Shown here piece by piece: positions 10,835-20,129 of a stretch of 47,216 bases of DNA. The translations under genes and the position numbers were made by a program. Below the pieces are notes generated by a model. The model was not told where the DNA came from. It saw only the letters and a program-made list of their open reading frames with translations, and ran no database searches. Origin of the DNA: Nitrososphaerales archaeon (GTDB lineage: Archaea; Thermoproteota; Nitrososphaeria; Nitrososphaerales; JACPRH01); NCBI GenBank assembly GCA_030754585.1, contig JASMAB010000004.1, positions 1 to 47,216 on the forward strand, given 5' to 3'. Every line of letters begins with the position of its first letter. The stretch's first letter is position 1.

Positions 10835-10866
10835 TTTTTCTCTTAATCTTAAGATTAAGATAAAAA
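10835..10866. repeat. Palindrome downstream of hisS (possible terminator or protein-binding site)
   Basis: Perfect 20-bp palindrome TCTTAATCTTAAGATTAAGA at 10841-10860, extending to 32 bp with one mismatched pair through flanking T5/A5. Confidence 0.55.
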
Positions 10867-11032
10867 TGACCAGATGTTTTCATAATCTTTTCGAAGAGCC
10901 CAACATTAGAAAGGAAACACAGATAACCGTAAATTTTCTTCGCTTTTGATTATTAAGACTGTTTGACTTTTATATCCCAGGAAGTTGACAATGCAATATT
11001 TTCATTGGCGATGATAATTATTAATTGTAGTC

Positions 11033-11479
11033 TTGGGTTCAGCGAAAGATTCAGGTCTCCCATTTCGGGATAGTACTTCATATAGTTACGAATCTATAAG
11101 GTATTGGAATCACTTTGTTGATCTCGCCACTATTATTTGGCTTGCAGCATTCATGATTAGTTTATTGGGATCTGATCTAGGATTCATAATAATTGATTCT
11201 AGCATATTATATCTAGCTGATACAATAACCCTTTTCATATTACCTATATTCATTATAGATCTAATGATTAAGTTTTATTCTTTTGGGCACTCAAAATCTT
11301 TCTTCAAGGAGCACTGGATCTCCATTATTATGGTAGTGCCATACTTTCGAATTTTTAAAATATTGAAGTTAGTCAAGGTAGTAGGACTTATCAGATTCAA
11401 TCGTATTCCACAAGCAATAAAGAGTATTTTGAATTTAGCAAAGATGGTCTATAAGGTTTTGAATTTTTCTAAGCATTAA
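11033..11479 (+). CDS. Stand-alone voltage-sensor-like (Ion_trans S1-S4) membrane protein with no pore domain
   Basis: Hydrophobic helices, S2-S3 motif 'IFIIDL..KF....SFFKEHWISII' and an S4-like basic repeat 'FRIFKILKLVKVVGLIRFNRI'. Confidence 0.65.
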   Translation: MGSAKDSGLPFRDSTSYSYESIRYWNHFVDLATIIWLAAFMISLLGSDLGFIIIDSSILYLADTITLFILPIFIIDLMIKFYSFGHSKSFFKEHWISIIMVVPYFRIFKILKLVKVVGLIRFNRIPQAIKSILNLAKMVYKVLNFSKH

Positions 11480-11735
11480 ATTCTTACGATTAATAATCAA
11501 TATCTTAATGGGTAGTGATCTAACTTCTTCTCTTTAAAGTTAATATGTAGTTAAAGTCATAACCAGTTTTTAAGAAGGTCTGTTTTCATATATTTTTTCA
11601 AGTGTTAGATTTGTTCATCTCTGGAAGAATATTTTTCACATCGATTTAAAGAATATTTAAATTGTTTTTTCACCAATCTGATTATTAAAGTTAAGCGTAA
11701 AGTTAAAACAGAACATTCAAAGAATGAGGCGGTAT

Positions 11736-11881
11736 GGGACCGTAGCTCAGCATGGTTAACTGAGTGATCTCAGGCCTAGGAGCGTTCGAATGGTGATAGT
11801 AATGTTTCCATGGCGATGCTGATAACCGAATTGGTGTACAAACCACGGGAAAGGTCCCCGGTTCAAATCCGGGCGGTCCCA
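11736..11881 (+). tRNA. trnI: tRNA-Ile(GAU) with three BHB introns (11759-11779, 11789-11817, 11831-11851)
   Basis: Removing the three introns gives a 75-nt cloverleaf: GGGACCG TA GCTC AGCATGGTTA GAGC G TTCGG CT GAT AA CCGAA AGGTC CCCGG TTCAAAT CCGGG CGGTCCC A. Each junction folds into a BHB or relaxed-BHB motif. Confidence 0.93.
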
Positions 11882-11888
11882 TACGAGT

Positions 11889-12662
11889 TTATTTTAGACG
11901 GTATATCGTCTTTGAATATACCTTCTTGAACCCATTATTCCTGTAAAAGCTTTCTAAGTTATTTTTTTGAAGAAATTGTAGAATTAGAGAATCATTATTT
12001 CGCTCTTTAGATCGTGTTACAGCAGCCTTTAAAATACTTGACACAATACCTCGGTTTCTAAACTCCTTAAGAGATCCAAGAACATAGATACCTCCTACAC
12101 TATTCTTGGAATATAGTGCAGCACAACCAGCTGCTTTTCCGCCAATATATGCAATATAGAAGTCAATGTCAGAACGAGGGAAAAGAAACCTATTTCTTAC
12201 GGAATATTCCTGAACCTGAGAAAGAGGAATCTCAAAAGAACTCGCAAAGATTCTGATCCATTTCTTTATCGCTTCCATACCGACCCGTCTTACCCGAATA
12301 TTATCGTCATTAAAATCAGATTCTGGGCCTACATATTCCATAATATTGAGTTGATCCCACTCCTTAAATCCGTTATCTTCGAGTATCCTTTTAAAATCAC
12401 TAGGAGAAGTGAGTGGCGATAAATAGAAACATTGAATAATTCTTTTTCTTCTGAATTTGGAAGCTATTCTATTCAGAACTTCAACAGCTTCTTGAGATGC
12501 ACAATTGATACTGGTAGCATGATTATACAGTGGATCGTCTGCAAGTTTTTCATTTATGAATATCTGTGCATATCCAACATCTTGGAAGACAGAAAAAAAA
12601 GAAAACCAAGAATTTTCATTTTCTTCAAACTGCTTTAATTTGTTCAAAGAATCCATATTCAT
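11889..12662 (-). CDS. GNAT-family N-acetyltransferase (two-domain length)
   Basis: C-terminal acetyl-CoA motif 'VLGSLKEFRNRGIVSSIL' and 'FYRNNGF'. The N-terminal half looks like a degenerate GNAT domain. Starts 5 nt after the stop of the cysS-like gene. Confidence 0.85.
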   Translation of the reverse strand: MNMDSLNKLKQFEENENSWFSFFSVFQDVGYAQIFINEKLADDPLYNHATSINCASQEAVEVLNRIASKFRRKRIIQCFYLSPLTSPSDFKRILEDNGFKEWDQLNIMEYVGPESDFNDDNIRVRRVGMEAIKKWIRIFASSFEIPLSQVQEYSVRNRFLFPRSDIDFYIAYIGGKAAGCAALYSKNSVGGIYVLGSLKEFRNRGIVSSILKAAVTRSKERNNDSLILQFLQKNNLESFYRNNGFKKVYSKTIYRLK

Positions 12663-12667
12663 TCACC

Positions 12668-13873
12668 TTAAGCCTCAAGACCTAGTATTGCAAGCATTTT
12701 CAGAAGTTCATTTAGCAAATCCTGATTCACACCTACCATATCTTTATCTACCGCCCTTATCAAAAATATTAATGCGTTAAGAGCTTTTGGAATATCAAGG
12801 TCATTCTCTAGGGACCCGTAAAAATTACTGATATGGTTCTGGAAACGTGTTTGTACATTAGAATTATTGTGGTCCCTTCTGGAATTAATTACTCTTTTTC
12901 TTAAACGTTTAACTGTGTTTCTGATTAGAGTAACTTGTCCTTCAAAATCTTTAATATCATTCCTTCTCAAATTGAATGTTTCACGATAGTGACGTGAAAG
13001 GAGGCAAAGTTTTAAGACGTCAGGATCCCATTGATCAAGAGCATCTTTCAATGAAATAATATTGCCGAGTGATTTTGACATTTTTTCGCCTTCTAAGAGG
13101 AGTAGCCCTGTATGAATCCAGTATTTCACAAATGGATGCTGACTAATAAAAGATTCACCTTGTGCAATTTCTGCTTCATGATGCGGAAAAATCAAATCCA
13201 CTGCTCCACCATGAATATCATATCCTCCTCTGAAAACAGATAGAGATATGGCGGTATCTTCTATGTGCCACCCAGGTTGTCCAATCCCGAACTTACTCTT
13301 AAAATATTGGGGTTTTCCAATTCCACTTCTCCAGAGGAGAAAGTCTCTCTGATCTCGCTTCTTTGGATCTGGATTTAATCTTCTAAGCATTAGTTCACAT
13401 GGTGTTTGATTTGATAGTAATCCATAGTCGGGAAAACTAGATACGTCAAAAAAAATGTCTCCATCCACTTGATATGCATGCCCATTCTTGATAAGATGAT
13501 CTATCTGGTATTCTATTTCATTAAGGTAATTAGATGCTTTATGGAAGGCATTTATACTATTTATCCTGAACCTTTCTAAGCTTGTGATGAATTCTTGAGT
13601 GTATCTTTCCGCTAAATCTTCAAAATTTATTCCTTCCATTTCAGCTTTTTCAAATACTTTGTCGTCAAGATCTGTTATATTTACAATAAAGATTGTTACG
13701 AAACCCTTCATCTTTAGATACCTAACTAGCACATCATAAACTAAGTAGGTTCGAGCATGTCCTAAATGGGTGCTGTCATAAACTGTAGGGCCACATACAA
13801 ATATTTTTACAACACCATCTTCTCGTGATTGAAACTCCTCATTTTCACCTGATAAGGTATTATATAATTTCAG
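12668..13873 (-). CDS. cysS: Cysteine--tRNA ligase-like protein, C-terminally short (401 aa, no anticodon-binding alpha/beta domain), CTG start
   Basis: The frame extends 47 codons upstream of the ORF-track start: (CTG)KLYNTLSG...VCGPTVYDSTHLGHARTY. Also NITDLDDK, PGWHIEDTAI, DLIFPHHEAE and KMSKS. Ends right after the DALR-like helical domain. Confidence 0.88.
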   Translation of the reverse strand: MKLYNTLSGENEEFQSREDGVVKIFVCGPTVYDSTHLGHARTYLVYDVLVRYLKMKGFVTIFIVNITDLDDKVFEKAEMEGINFEDLAERYTQEFITSLERFRINSINAFHKASNYLNEIEYQIDHLIKNGHAYQVDGDIFFDVSSFPDYGLLSNQTPCELMLRRLNPDPKKRDQRDFLLWRSGIGKPQYFKSKFGIGQPGWHIEDTAISLSVFRGGYDIHGGAVDLIFPHHEAEIAQGESFISQHPFVKYWIHTGLLLLEGEKMSKSLGNIISLKDALDQWDPDVLKLCLLSRHYRETFNLRRNDIKDFEGQVTLIRNTVKRLRKRVINSRRDHNNSNVQTRFQNHISNFYGSLENDLDIPKALNALIFLIRAVDKDMVGVNQDLLNELLKMLAILGLEA

Positions 13874-13978
13874 TTTATTGCCACACTGAACCTTTAAATT
13901 GAAGTATTCATAAGATTTCGGATATTACTAATATATTGAAACGTTATTGATAAGTTATTCCTATTAGTATCTATTGGT

Positions 13979-14308
13979 GTGCGGAAAAAATTCCAAGAGA
14001 GACAGATAAAAAGCATCGTAGAATTGACGAAAATAATTGGGGCTATGGAATTAGATGATGGAGTGAGGTTATTGGGATGTAATGAAGACTTGCAGGGTGG
14101 TGGTTTCATCTTTATTTCAATTGTGCATTCATTAATCAAATCCAATCAGAAATATTGTATTAATACTACTGAGCGTATTTTTAATAAAGAGTCAGGAATA
14201 TATTTACCTGGTGGAGAAGAGAAGTTTCTATATGCTTCGGATGTTGAAGAGGTGATGAAGCACATTGAGAAGAATGCTTTGAAGCCTCTAGAAGCTTGGT
14301 GTTACTGA
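13979..14308 (+). CDS. Hypothetical protein (109 aa), divergent from the cysS-like gene
   Basis: Fills the gap between the cysS-like gene and nth with a plausible globular composition. Overlaps the nth 3' end by 7 nt. Confidence 0.55.
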   Translation: MRKKFQERQIKSIVELTKIIGAMELDDGVRLLGCNEDLQGGGFIFISIVHSLIKSNQKYCINTTERIFNKESGIYLPGGEEKFLYASDVEEVMKHIEKNALKPLEAWCY

Positions 14309-15018
14309 GATTTTTTTACTTTCAAAATGTAGTATGCGCAGTGTATTCTGAGATTACATATTATACATCTGGGACCAATTGGTTTACATATAGTCTTTCC
14401 GAATCGTACAAATATATCATTAAGATTCAACCAATATTTTTTATCAATTATCTCTGTCAGTCTAACTTCTGTTTCTTCAGGAGTTCTAGTCTGGACAAGG
14501 TTTAGGCGATTTGATATGCGGTGAACATGTGTATCAACAGGTATGGCAGGCTTTTTAAAACCATAGACAAGTACACAGTTAGCTGTTTTGCGACCTACTG
14601 AAGGTAATGATAAAAGACTTTCCATATCTTCAGGAACCTTACCGTTAAATTTAACGAGCAACAATTGTGATACTTGCTTAATCCGTCTAGCTTTCACCCT
14701 ATAGAATCCGGTTGATCGGATAAGACTCTGAACTTCTTCATCATTTGCTTCTGCAAGGTCTGAAGGTGTGTTAAATCTCATAAAGAGTTGTTCTGCGGCT
14801 TTTGAAGTCATTTCATCTTTAGTTCGATGTGATAATATGGTGCCTATCAGAACTTTGAAAGGATCACTACCCCAGTTGACACTTATCTGATTTAGAGCAG
14901 TTTGATTACCCAAATATTCTTTCAGCATTTTAGAGACTTCGATTAAAACTATCTTTACGGGTGGCGGTTTTAGTACTTTCAAAATATTTTGTTGTTCTTT
15001 GATTGTTAAGGTGTTCAA
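14302..15018 (-). CDS. nth: Endonuclease III
   Basis: HhH-GPD motifs '[13 protein letters not shown]' and 'PVDTHVHRI', plus Fe-S motif [17 protein letters not shown]. Confidence 0.95.
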   Translation of the reverse strand: MNTLTIKEQQNILKVLKPPPVKIVLIEVSKMLKEYLGNQTALNQISVNWGSDPFKVLIGTILSHRTKDEMTSKAAEQLFMRFNTPSDLAEANDEEVQSLIRSTGFYRVKARRIKQVSQLLLVKFNGKVPEDMESLLSLPSVGRKTANCVLVYGFKKPAIPVDTHVHRISNRLNLVQTRTPEETEVRLTEIIDKKYWLNLNDIFVRFGKTICKPIGPRCIICNLRIHCAYYILKVKKSQ

Positions 15019-15256
15019 ATATATTTCATCTGCGTTTTCTTTTTTTAGGTCTTTTTACGGTTTAGTTTTTTAATATGTTTTAGTACGAATTCTGTGATGT
15101 TGAAGATACCATATCCGGCACAATCATAAGATATTCATTATAGTATAAATAGTAATTATAAATTTAAAATGATAAACAGTTATGTGGTTATTTTTAATAC
15201 ACATGTCTCTTAGTTAGATATTGCTGTATTTGATATTTTCTGGCTAGTGTCCCGGC

Positions 15257-15921
15257 CTGAAGATATCTTGGGTTGGTCATGACTGCTTCAGGATAGAAAA
15301 TGATACAGTAAATTACACAGATCCATTCAACATAAATGGAGGAAGATGTGTCGATTTTGATTCTGGTAGCATAGCCGAATTTTGATCACTTCAGTCCAGA
15401 TGATATTCAGAATATATCTTCAGAATCGACCGCAATAGTTGTGCCTCAAGACTGTATATCATGTTTGGAGTATACTGACCTGATGGAAGTGAAGACTGGG
15501 GTATCTGACGAATGGATAGATGCATTTGGAGTGAATGTAAAAGCTGTACCAGCATACAATGTCAATAAATTCAGTCCATATGGAGTCCCGTTTCACCCTA
15601 GTCAAATGGGAGGGGTTGGTTTTGTATTCAAAGTGGGTGAGATGATCTTTTATCATACTGGTGATACTGACTTCATACCAGAGATGGATGGGTTATATGT
15701 AGACTTGATGTTGATACCTGTAGGTGGAACGTATTTTATGATTTATGAAGAAGCACATGCAATTGAAAAAAAATAATCCAAAACTCGCTTTCCCAATGCA
15801 TTTTGGAAGTATAATAAGAAATAGAGTTGATGCCCAGAAATTCAGTGATCTTGCAAGCAGTAGAGTTAAGATTCTGGAAAAAGGAGATGTAGATTATCTA
15901 TTTATTTCTGAGACACAATAG
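15257..15921 (+). pseudogene. Decayed MBL-fold metallo-hydrolase (UPF0173/UlaG-like)
   Basis: Three pieces in different frames: LKISWVGHDCFRIE..YTDPF; DLILVA*PNFDHFSPDDI...FYHTGDTD...LIPVGG.Y.M; PKLAFPMHFGS...KILEK. Frameshifts near 15355 and in the A8 run at 15766-15773, with an in-frame TAG in the HxHxDH motif. Confidence 0.85.
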
Positions 15922-15953
15922 AAGTACTGTTAATAGAAGTTAGATTACGGTGT

Positions 15954-17168
15954 ATGGAGATAAAAGGGGGGGAAAATATTCATAAAATTTTATTAAAACC
16001 CCTTGTATTGCTAAGTGTAGTTACTTTCCTAATATTCTTCAGTTTTGCCTTGCAACGACCATTTATTCCAGTTTTTATGGAAGAAAAACTTGGCGCTTCA
16101 ATTCTTGAGGTTGGTTATGCAGCTTCAATTCTTGGATTGACAGGTGTTCTCTTAGCCGTTCCAGCAGGTTTTATTTCAGATCGAATAGGTAGACGTATAC
16201 CCATTATCATTGGTACCTTTTTTTGGACAGGCTCTCTAGCGTATATATCGATCGCCACAGATCCATTACATGTAATATTAAGCTTCGCAGTTGCAGGTGC
16301 AGGAACTGTACTTTTCGATGCATCAATATCTGCTTATGTAGGAGATATCTCCTCCCCAGATAAACTTGGTAGAGTATATGGAATATTTAACGCTGCTATT
16401 CAGGCGGGCTTTGCAACCGGTCCAATAGTGGGAGCATTACTTATTATGCAGATGGGTTATAGAGATACATTTCTAGCGACTGCAGTACTACCAATGATAG
16501 CTATCGTTATTGTTATTGGTACAAGAGCTCATAGTAATGTTAATGCTAATGAAAAGATTGAAGATTCGTTAAAGCCCATCAAGATTTACCGAAGTGGAGT
16601 TATTTGGACAGGTTGGATATCGATTTTCTGTTTCAGCCTCTTGCTAGCAGGTGTTGGCGTATTAGCTCCTCTTTATGTCAAGTTTCTAGGATTTAATGAG
16701 TTTTTTATAGGCGCCCTTTTTACTACTCAAGCTCTTACTGGTGCATTTGGACGACTCCCGTTCGGACGTCTTATTGATAACACAAAAAGAATCACCCATT
16801 TTATGGAATGGGGATTGTTGATTATGGCGATGTCCACCATAGGATTTGTTTTATCTTCAGATGGAGGATGGTTGTTGCTCATGATGGCTTTGTTTGGTCT
16901 TGGATTTTCCTTAGCTTTTATGAGCGCTACTGTGAATATTGCTCGTGGAACCAATGTTTCTAATCGTGGATTAGCAATGGGGTTTGGAAGTATGTTTAGG
17001 TTTGCAGGTTTTACGGTTGGACCTTGGATTGGCAGTCTTGTGGCATCGAGCCAGGATTCTCTTAATATGGGATTTACTAATGGATTTATTGCTATGGCAT
17101 TTTTTTCTCTTATCAGTATACCTCTACTTCTAATAATTGAAAACTGGCATAAAGGTAAGGATATGTAA
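15954..17168 (+). CDS. MFS transporter (DHA1-like)
   Basis: About 12 TM helices, motif A 'GFISDRIGRR' and its repeat 'GRLID'. Confidence 0.92.
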   Translation: MEIKGGENIHKILLKPLVLLSVVTFLIFFSFALQRPFIPVFMEEKLGASILEVGYAASILGLTGVLLAVPAGFISDRIGRRIPIIIGTFFWTGSLAYISIATDPLHVILSFAVAGAGTVLFDASISAYVGDISSPDKLGRVYGIFNAAIQAGFATGPIVGALLIMQMGYRDTFLATAVLPMIAIVIVIGTRAHSNVNANEKIEDSLKPIKIYRSGVIWTGWISIFCFSLLLAGVGVLAPLYVKFLGFNEFFIGALFTTQALTGAFGRLPFGRLIDNTKRITHFMEWGLLIMAMSTIGFVLSSDGGWLLLMMALFGLGFSLAFMSATVNIARGTNVSNRGLAMGFGSMFRFAGFTVGPWIGSLVASSQDSLNMGFTNGFIAMAFFSLISIPLLLIIENWHKGKDM

Positions 17169-17336
17169 TAAAAAATCCTATTTAGGTTTTCTCGATATTC
17201 ACTCTTGTAATAGATTTCTGCACCTTTGGTTAATATTGAGAATTCAATTAAATAGCAATATTCCTGGAACTATATTTTAAGAATATTTATAGAAATCCAT
17301 CATCAATAATAAGATTATAGTGTCAATAGTAGATAT

Positions 17337-17349
17337 GAAAGGTTTATAT
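17337..17349 (+). promoter_or_regulatory. BRE plus TATA promoter
   Basis: GAAAGG-TTTATAT lies ~33 nt upstream of the TTG at 17382. Confidence 0.6.
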
Positions 17350-17381
17350 GGTTTATTCATTGCCTATAACGACTGAATAGA

Positions 17382-18428
17382 TTGATACATAGAAGTTCAT
17401 ACATATTATCTTTGGGATTAGTTGTTACCATATTAGGATTAATGGCTATAAGTTTTGGTCAAATAGATTCATCTTCCTTTATGTCTATGGACAAGCCTTC
17501 TAGTATTGCTTGGAGTGAAACTGGATTTATAGTTGGTTTAGGTGATGATGGTGCAAGGATCAACTTAGCGAATCCTCGAACAAAAACAGTTGAGCTCTTT
17601 GCAGGTGCTTTTAAAGGTGGAGAAGAGACTCATATAGCAGTCAGTCTTGGGATGACCTTTCCTTATGGAAACGTCTATGTGAATAAAGGAGATGCAATTT
17701 TTGAGCTCTCAGAAGATGGTCTATCAAATAGGAAATTTGTGGTTCCCTCTCCAGGAAGTAATATCGCTGGCCTTACCTTTGATATTGTGAAAACCTGGAG
17801 CTATAGGTTGATAGCAGTCACAGATGATGGCTCTGTTTGGGCGATTGATGAAACAGGTCAAGTTGAACACATTACAAACTTAGGTAGTAATGTGGGTCCA
17901 AGTGGCTTAATGATAGCTCCACCTGATTTTGGGGATTTCAGTAGCGACATTTTAGTATCATTAGCAAATGAAAATAAGATAGTGGGTATTTCAAATATTG
18001 ATCATAGTGTATCAGTTTTGCATGAGTTTCAGGGAGAAAAACCTGGGATATTACTACATAATTTTCAGCGCAGTACTCTCTATGTTTCAAACCATGATGG
18101 AGGAGAGATAGTAAAAATTGATCCGGAAGTCACAAAACCATATTGGGCACAAGTTTTGTTGGTCACTGAAGATGAACAAGGGGGATCACACAGCGTTAAA
18201 TTCATTAGGTCAACAAGATTAGCAGTAGAGATTTCTGAACTTGCATCTGGGGTTACGAACCCTGACTTTGCTGGAGCAGTATTTGTTGGTGATGCAGAAT
18301 GGGAAAGATCTCTCGAAGAACCAGAAGATGAAGTTCCGGACATAGATCCTCGGTTGATAATATATCCACTTCTCATAGTAGTAGTTATAGGTATAGTTGC
18401 TGTTATTTGGAGATTCCGTGGATTCTAG
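17382..18428 (+). CDS. Secreted, C-terminally anchored beta-propeller-like protein (NHL/SMP-30-like)
   Basis: Signal peptide, repeated blade-like motifs (PSSIAW, IAGLTFD, GPSGLMI, KPGILL), an acidic linker and a C-terminal TM with basic tail. Confidence 0.65.
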   Translation: MIHRSSYILSLGLVVTILGLMAISFGQIDSSSFMSMDKPSSIAWSETGFIVGLGDDGARINLANPRTKTVELFAGAFKGGEETHIAVSLGMTFPYGNVYVNKGDAIFELSEDGLSNRKFVVPSPGSNIAGLTFDIVKTWSYRLIAVTDDGSVWAIDETGQVEHITNLGSNVGPSGLMIAPPDFGDFSSDILVSLANENKIVGISNIDHSVSVLHEFQGEKPGILLHNFQRSTLYVSNHDGGEIVKIDPEVTKPYWAQVLLVTEDEQGGSHSVKFIRSTRLAVEISELASGVTNPDFAGAVFVGDAEWERSLEEPEDEVPDIDPRLIIYPLLIVVVIGIVAVIWRFRGF

Positions 18429-18556
18429 ATAATATTTCTGACTTAAAACTTTACATAATGATATTGAAAAATTGAATGTTTTGCATATAGGATATTTTCT
18501 ACAAGAAAAAATATGTTAAACTTTATTCGATATTAATACAAATATACATAAATTAC

Positions 18557-19729
18557 TTGAAAGTAATTGGGTTATGGTATATGAAAACAATATACAATAT
18601 ACTGATTCTTGCATTAGTAGTATCGATTATGGGTGCTGGAACACTAGATATTGGTAGTGCTTCTGCTTTAACTGGTTGTTATCGTCCGACTGGATGGTAT
18701 GCATCTGAATTCATTTTAAATAAACCAAGTCTTAAATTTAATTTAGACCCAATAGGAGAAAGTGAAAATGTAACTGTTATAAGAGAATCAGTAATTTATA
18801 GATCACATTATAATGAGTCCTTAGCCGTTATTCTTACTCCATTTGATCTATTTGAAGAGAAGGGTCTAGATATTCGGTTGCAGATGCCAACGAGGAACAT
18901 TACAACAGGGACACAGTTTATTGTTCTTGAAACTGATGATATGGAAACAAGGCTTTTAGATCTAAATATGATGGGAGGAAGAGGTAAAGGTTGGGTATTG
19001 GATATTTCGTATATGCAATTGCTTCCAGAGCAACCGCCTACCCAGATTTCAAATTTGACTAAAGGTAACCTGAAAGTTACTTTAGTACCTCATATTAACG
19101 AAACACTTCCAGGTATTTACATTGCAATTTCAGCTGAAAATGCGACTGGTTTAAGCAATGAAAACATGACTGAACTTTCTAATATCTTCGATGGAATTGG
19201 TTACCCTATTAGCTTCAATATGTTGACAAGAGAGTTTGAGTCTAAAATAACCATAGAGGAAGAGCACGATCTTGAATCTACATTAGGGATATCCCCTGAT
19301 GATTTCGATTGGTTTGAAGCAATGAAAATAGAGTTAGAGTGGTTAAGAGATAATCGAGTTGTAACCGGACTGGCAGATGAGGATATTGAAGATATTGCCA
19401 CTATTGCGAAAGATACAGTTGGTGAACATAATCTCAGAGGTAGGTATTATAATGATAATTGGATCCAAGGTATAACTGAAGAGATGCTGGAAAATGAGGT
19501 CACTAAACTATATACTGGTGAACCGACCTGTGATGGATTCTCTGAAGAAATTCTTCCATCCTTTAACTTGCAGGATTTTAACACTGGTTTTCGTCCTTTA
19601 GAGATAATATTTGAATCTTCTATTCAAGGTCAAACAATAAGGATTGGTTTAATCGGTATTAGCATCCTGTTTGTAAGCGTATTTGTTTTGCGTTGGCGAA
19701 AACGTTTACGGAAAAGAAAAAGACGATAA
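18557..19729 (+). CDS. Cell-surface protein with C-terminal TM anchor (resembles the Thermococcales CGP-CTERM-anchored Cys-rich protein family)
   Basis: Signal peptide (likely start ATG 18581). Motifs 'C..P...YA.E..LNKP', 'YRSHY...L.VI' and 'W..A.K.EL.WL....V..GL..EDIE.I' are recalled from that family. Ends in a TM plus RWRKRLRKRKRR. Confidence 0.55.
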   Translation: MKVIGLWYMKTIYNILILALVVSIMGAGTLDIGSASALTGCYRPTGWYASEFILNKPSLKFNLDPIGESENVTVIRESVIYRSHYNESLAVILTPFDLFEEKGLDIRLQMPTRNITTGTQFIVLETDDMETRLLDLNMMGGRGKGWVLDISYMQLLPEQPPTQISNLTKGNLKVTLVPHINETLPGIYIAISAENATGLSNENMTELSNIFDGIGYPISFNMLTREFESKITIEEEHDLESTLGISPDDFDWFEAMKIELEWLRDNRVVTGLADEDIEDIATIAKDTVGEHNLRGRYYNDNWIQGITEEMLENEVTKLYTGEPTCDGFSEEILPSFNLQDFNTGFRPLEIIFESSIQGQTIRIGLIGISILFVSVFVLRWRKRLRKRKRR

Positions 19730-19813
19730 CAATAATTCATGTAATATGTTATGTAAGTGATTTAGAGATTTCTCTGAAAAAGAAATTACACGCACTGAAT
19801 GGTACCTATTTTA

Positions 19814-20104
19814 TTAATCTAAATCTTCTTCTGAAACATAATCTCTTTCTCTTTCTGCCGGAGGTACATATCTGTAGCATCTAAAACCAATAAAAATTAG
19901 AGCGACACCAAAGCCTCCCATTCCATATCTCTGGAAATTGGTTTGGCCTCTTACTTCAGAAAATTCAACTGGTTGTCCAGGGATATTGAATTCAAATTTT
20001 GAGGGCTCTGAGATAAGCGCAAAAGCAATAGTCCCCACTCCAAGTATAGCAAGAACTATTCCTGCAGCTTTAAACATCGGTCTTTTTGAGGATGTTTTGG
20101 ACAT
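19814..20104 (-). CDS. Small two-TM membrane protein, last gene of the ABC operon
   Basis: Two hydrophobic helices; lies 25 nt downstream of the permease stop. Confidence 0.65.
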   Translation of the reverse strand: MSKTSSKRPMFKAAGIVLAILGVGTIAFALISEPSKFEFNIPGQPVEFSEVRGQTNFQRYGMGGFGVALIFIGFRCYRYVPPAERERDYVSEEDLD

Positions 20105-20129
20105 TTTGTCTTATACGACAAGTGGTAGC

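Noticed and set aside
11852-11881. tRNA 3' end as the attachment site of an integrated element covering the accessory region
   Set aside because: No second copy of the tRNA 3' end and no integrase or transposase were found in the window.
13249-13281. WHIED instead of WHIEC at a CysRS zinc-ligand position as evidence of inactivation
   Set aside because: As I recall, the Asp variant occurs in other archaeal and bacterial CysRS sequences, so it is not diagnostic on its own.
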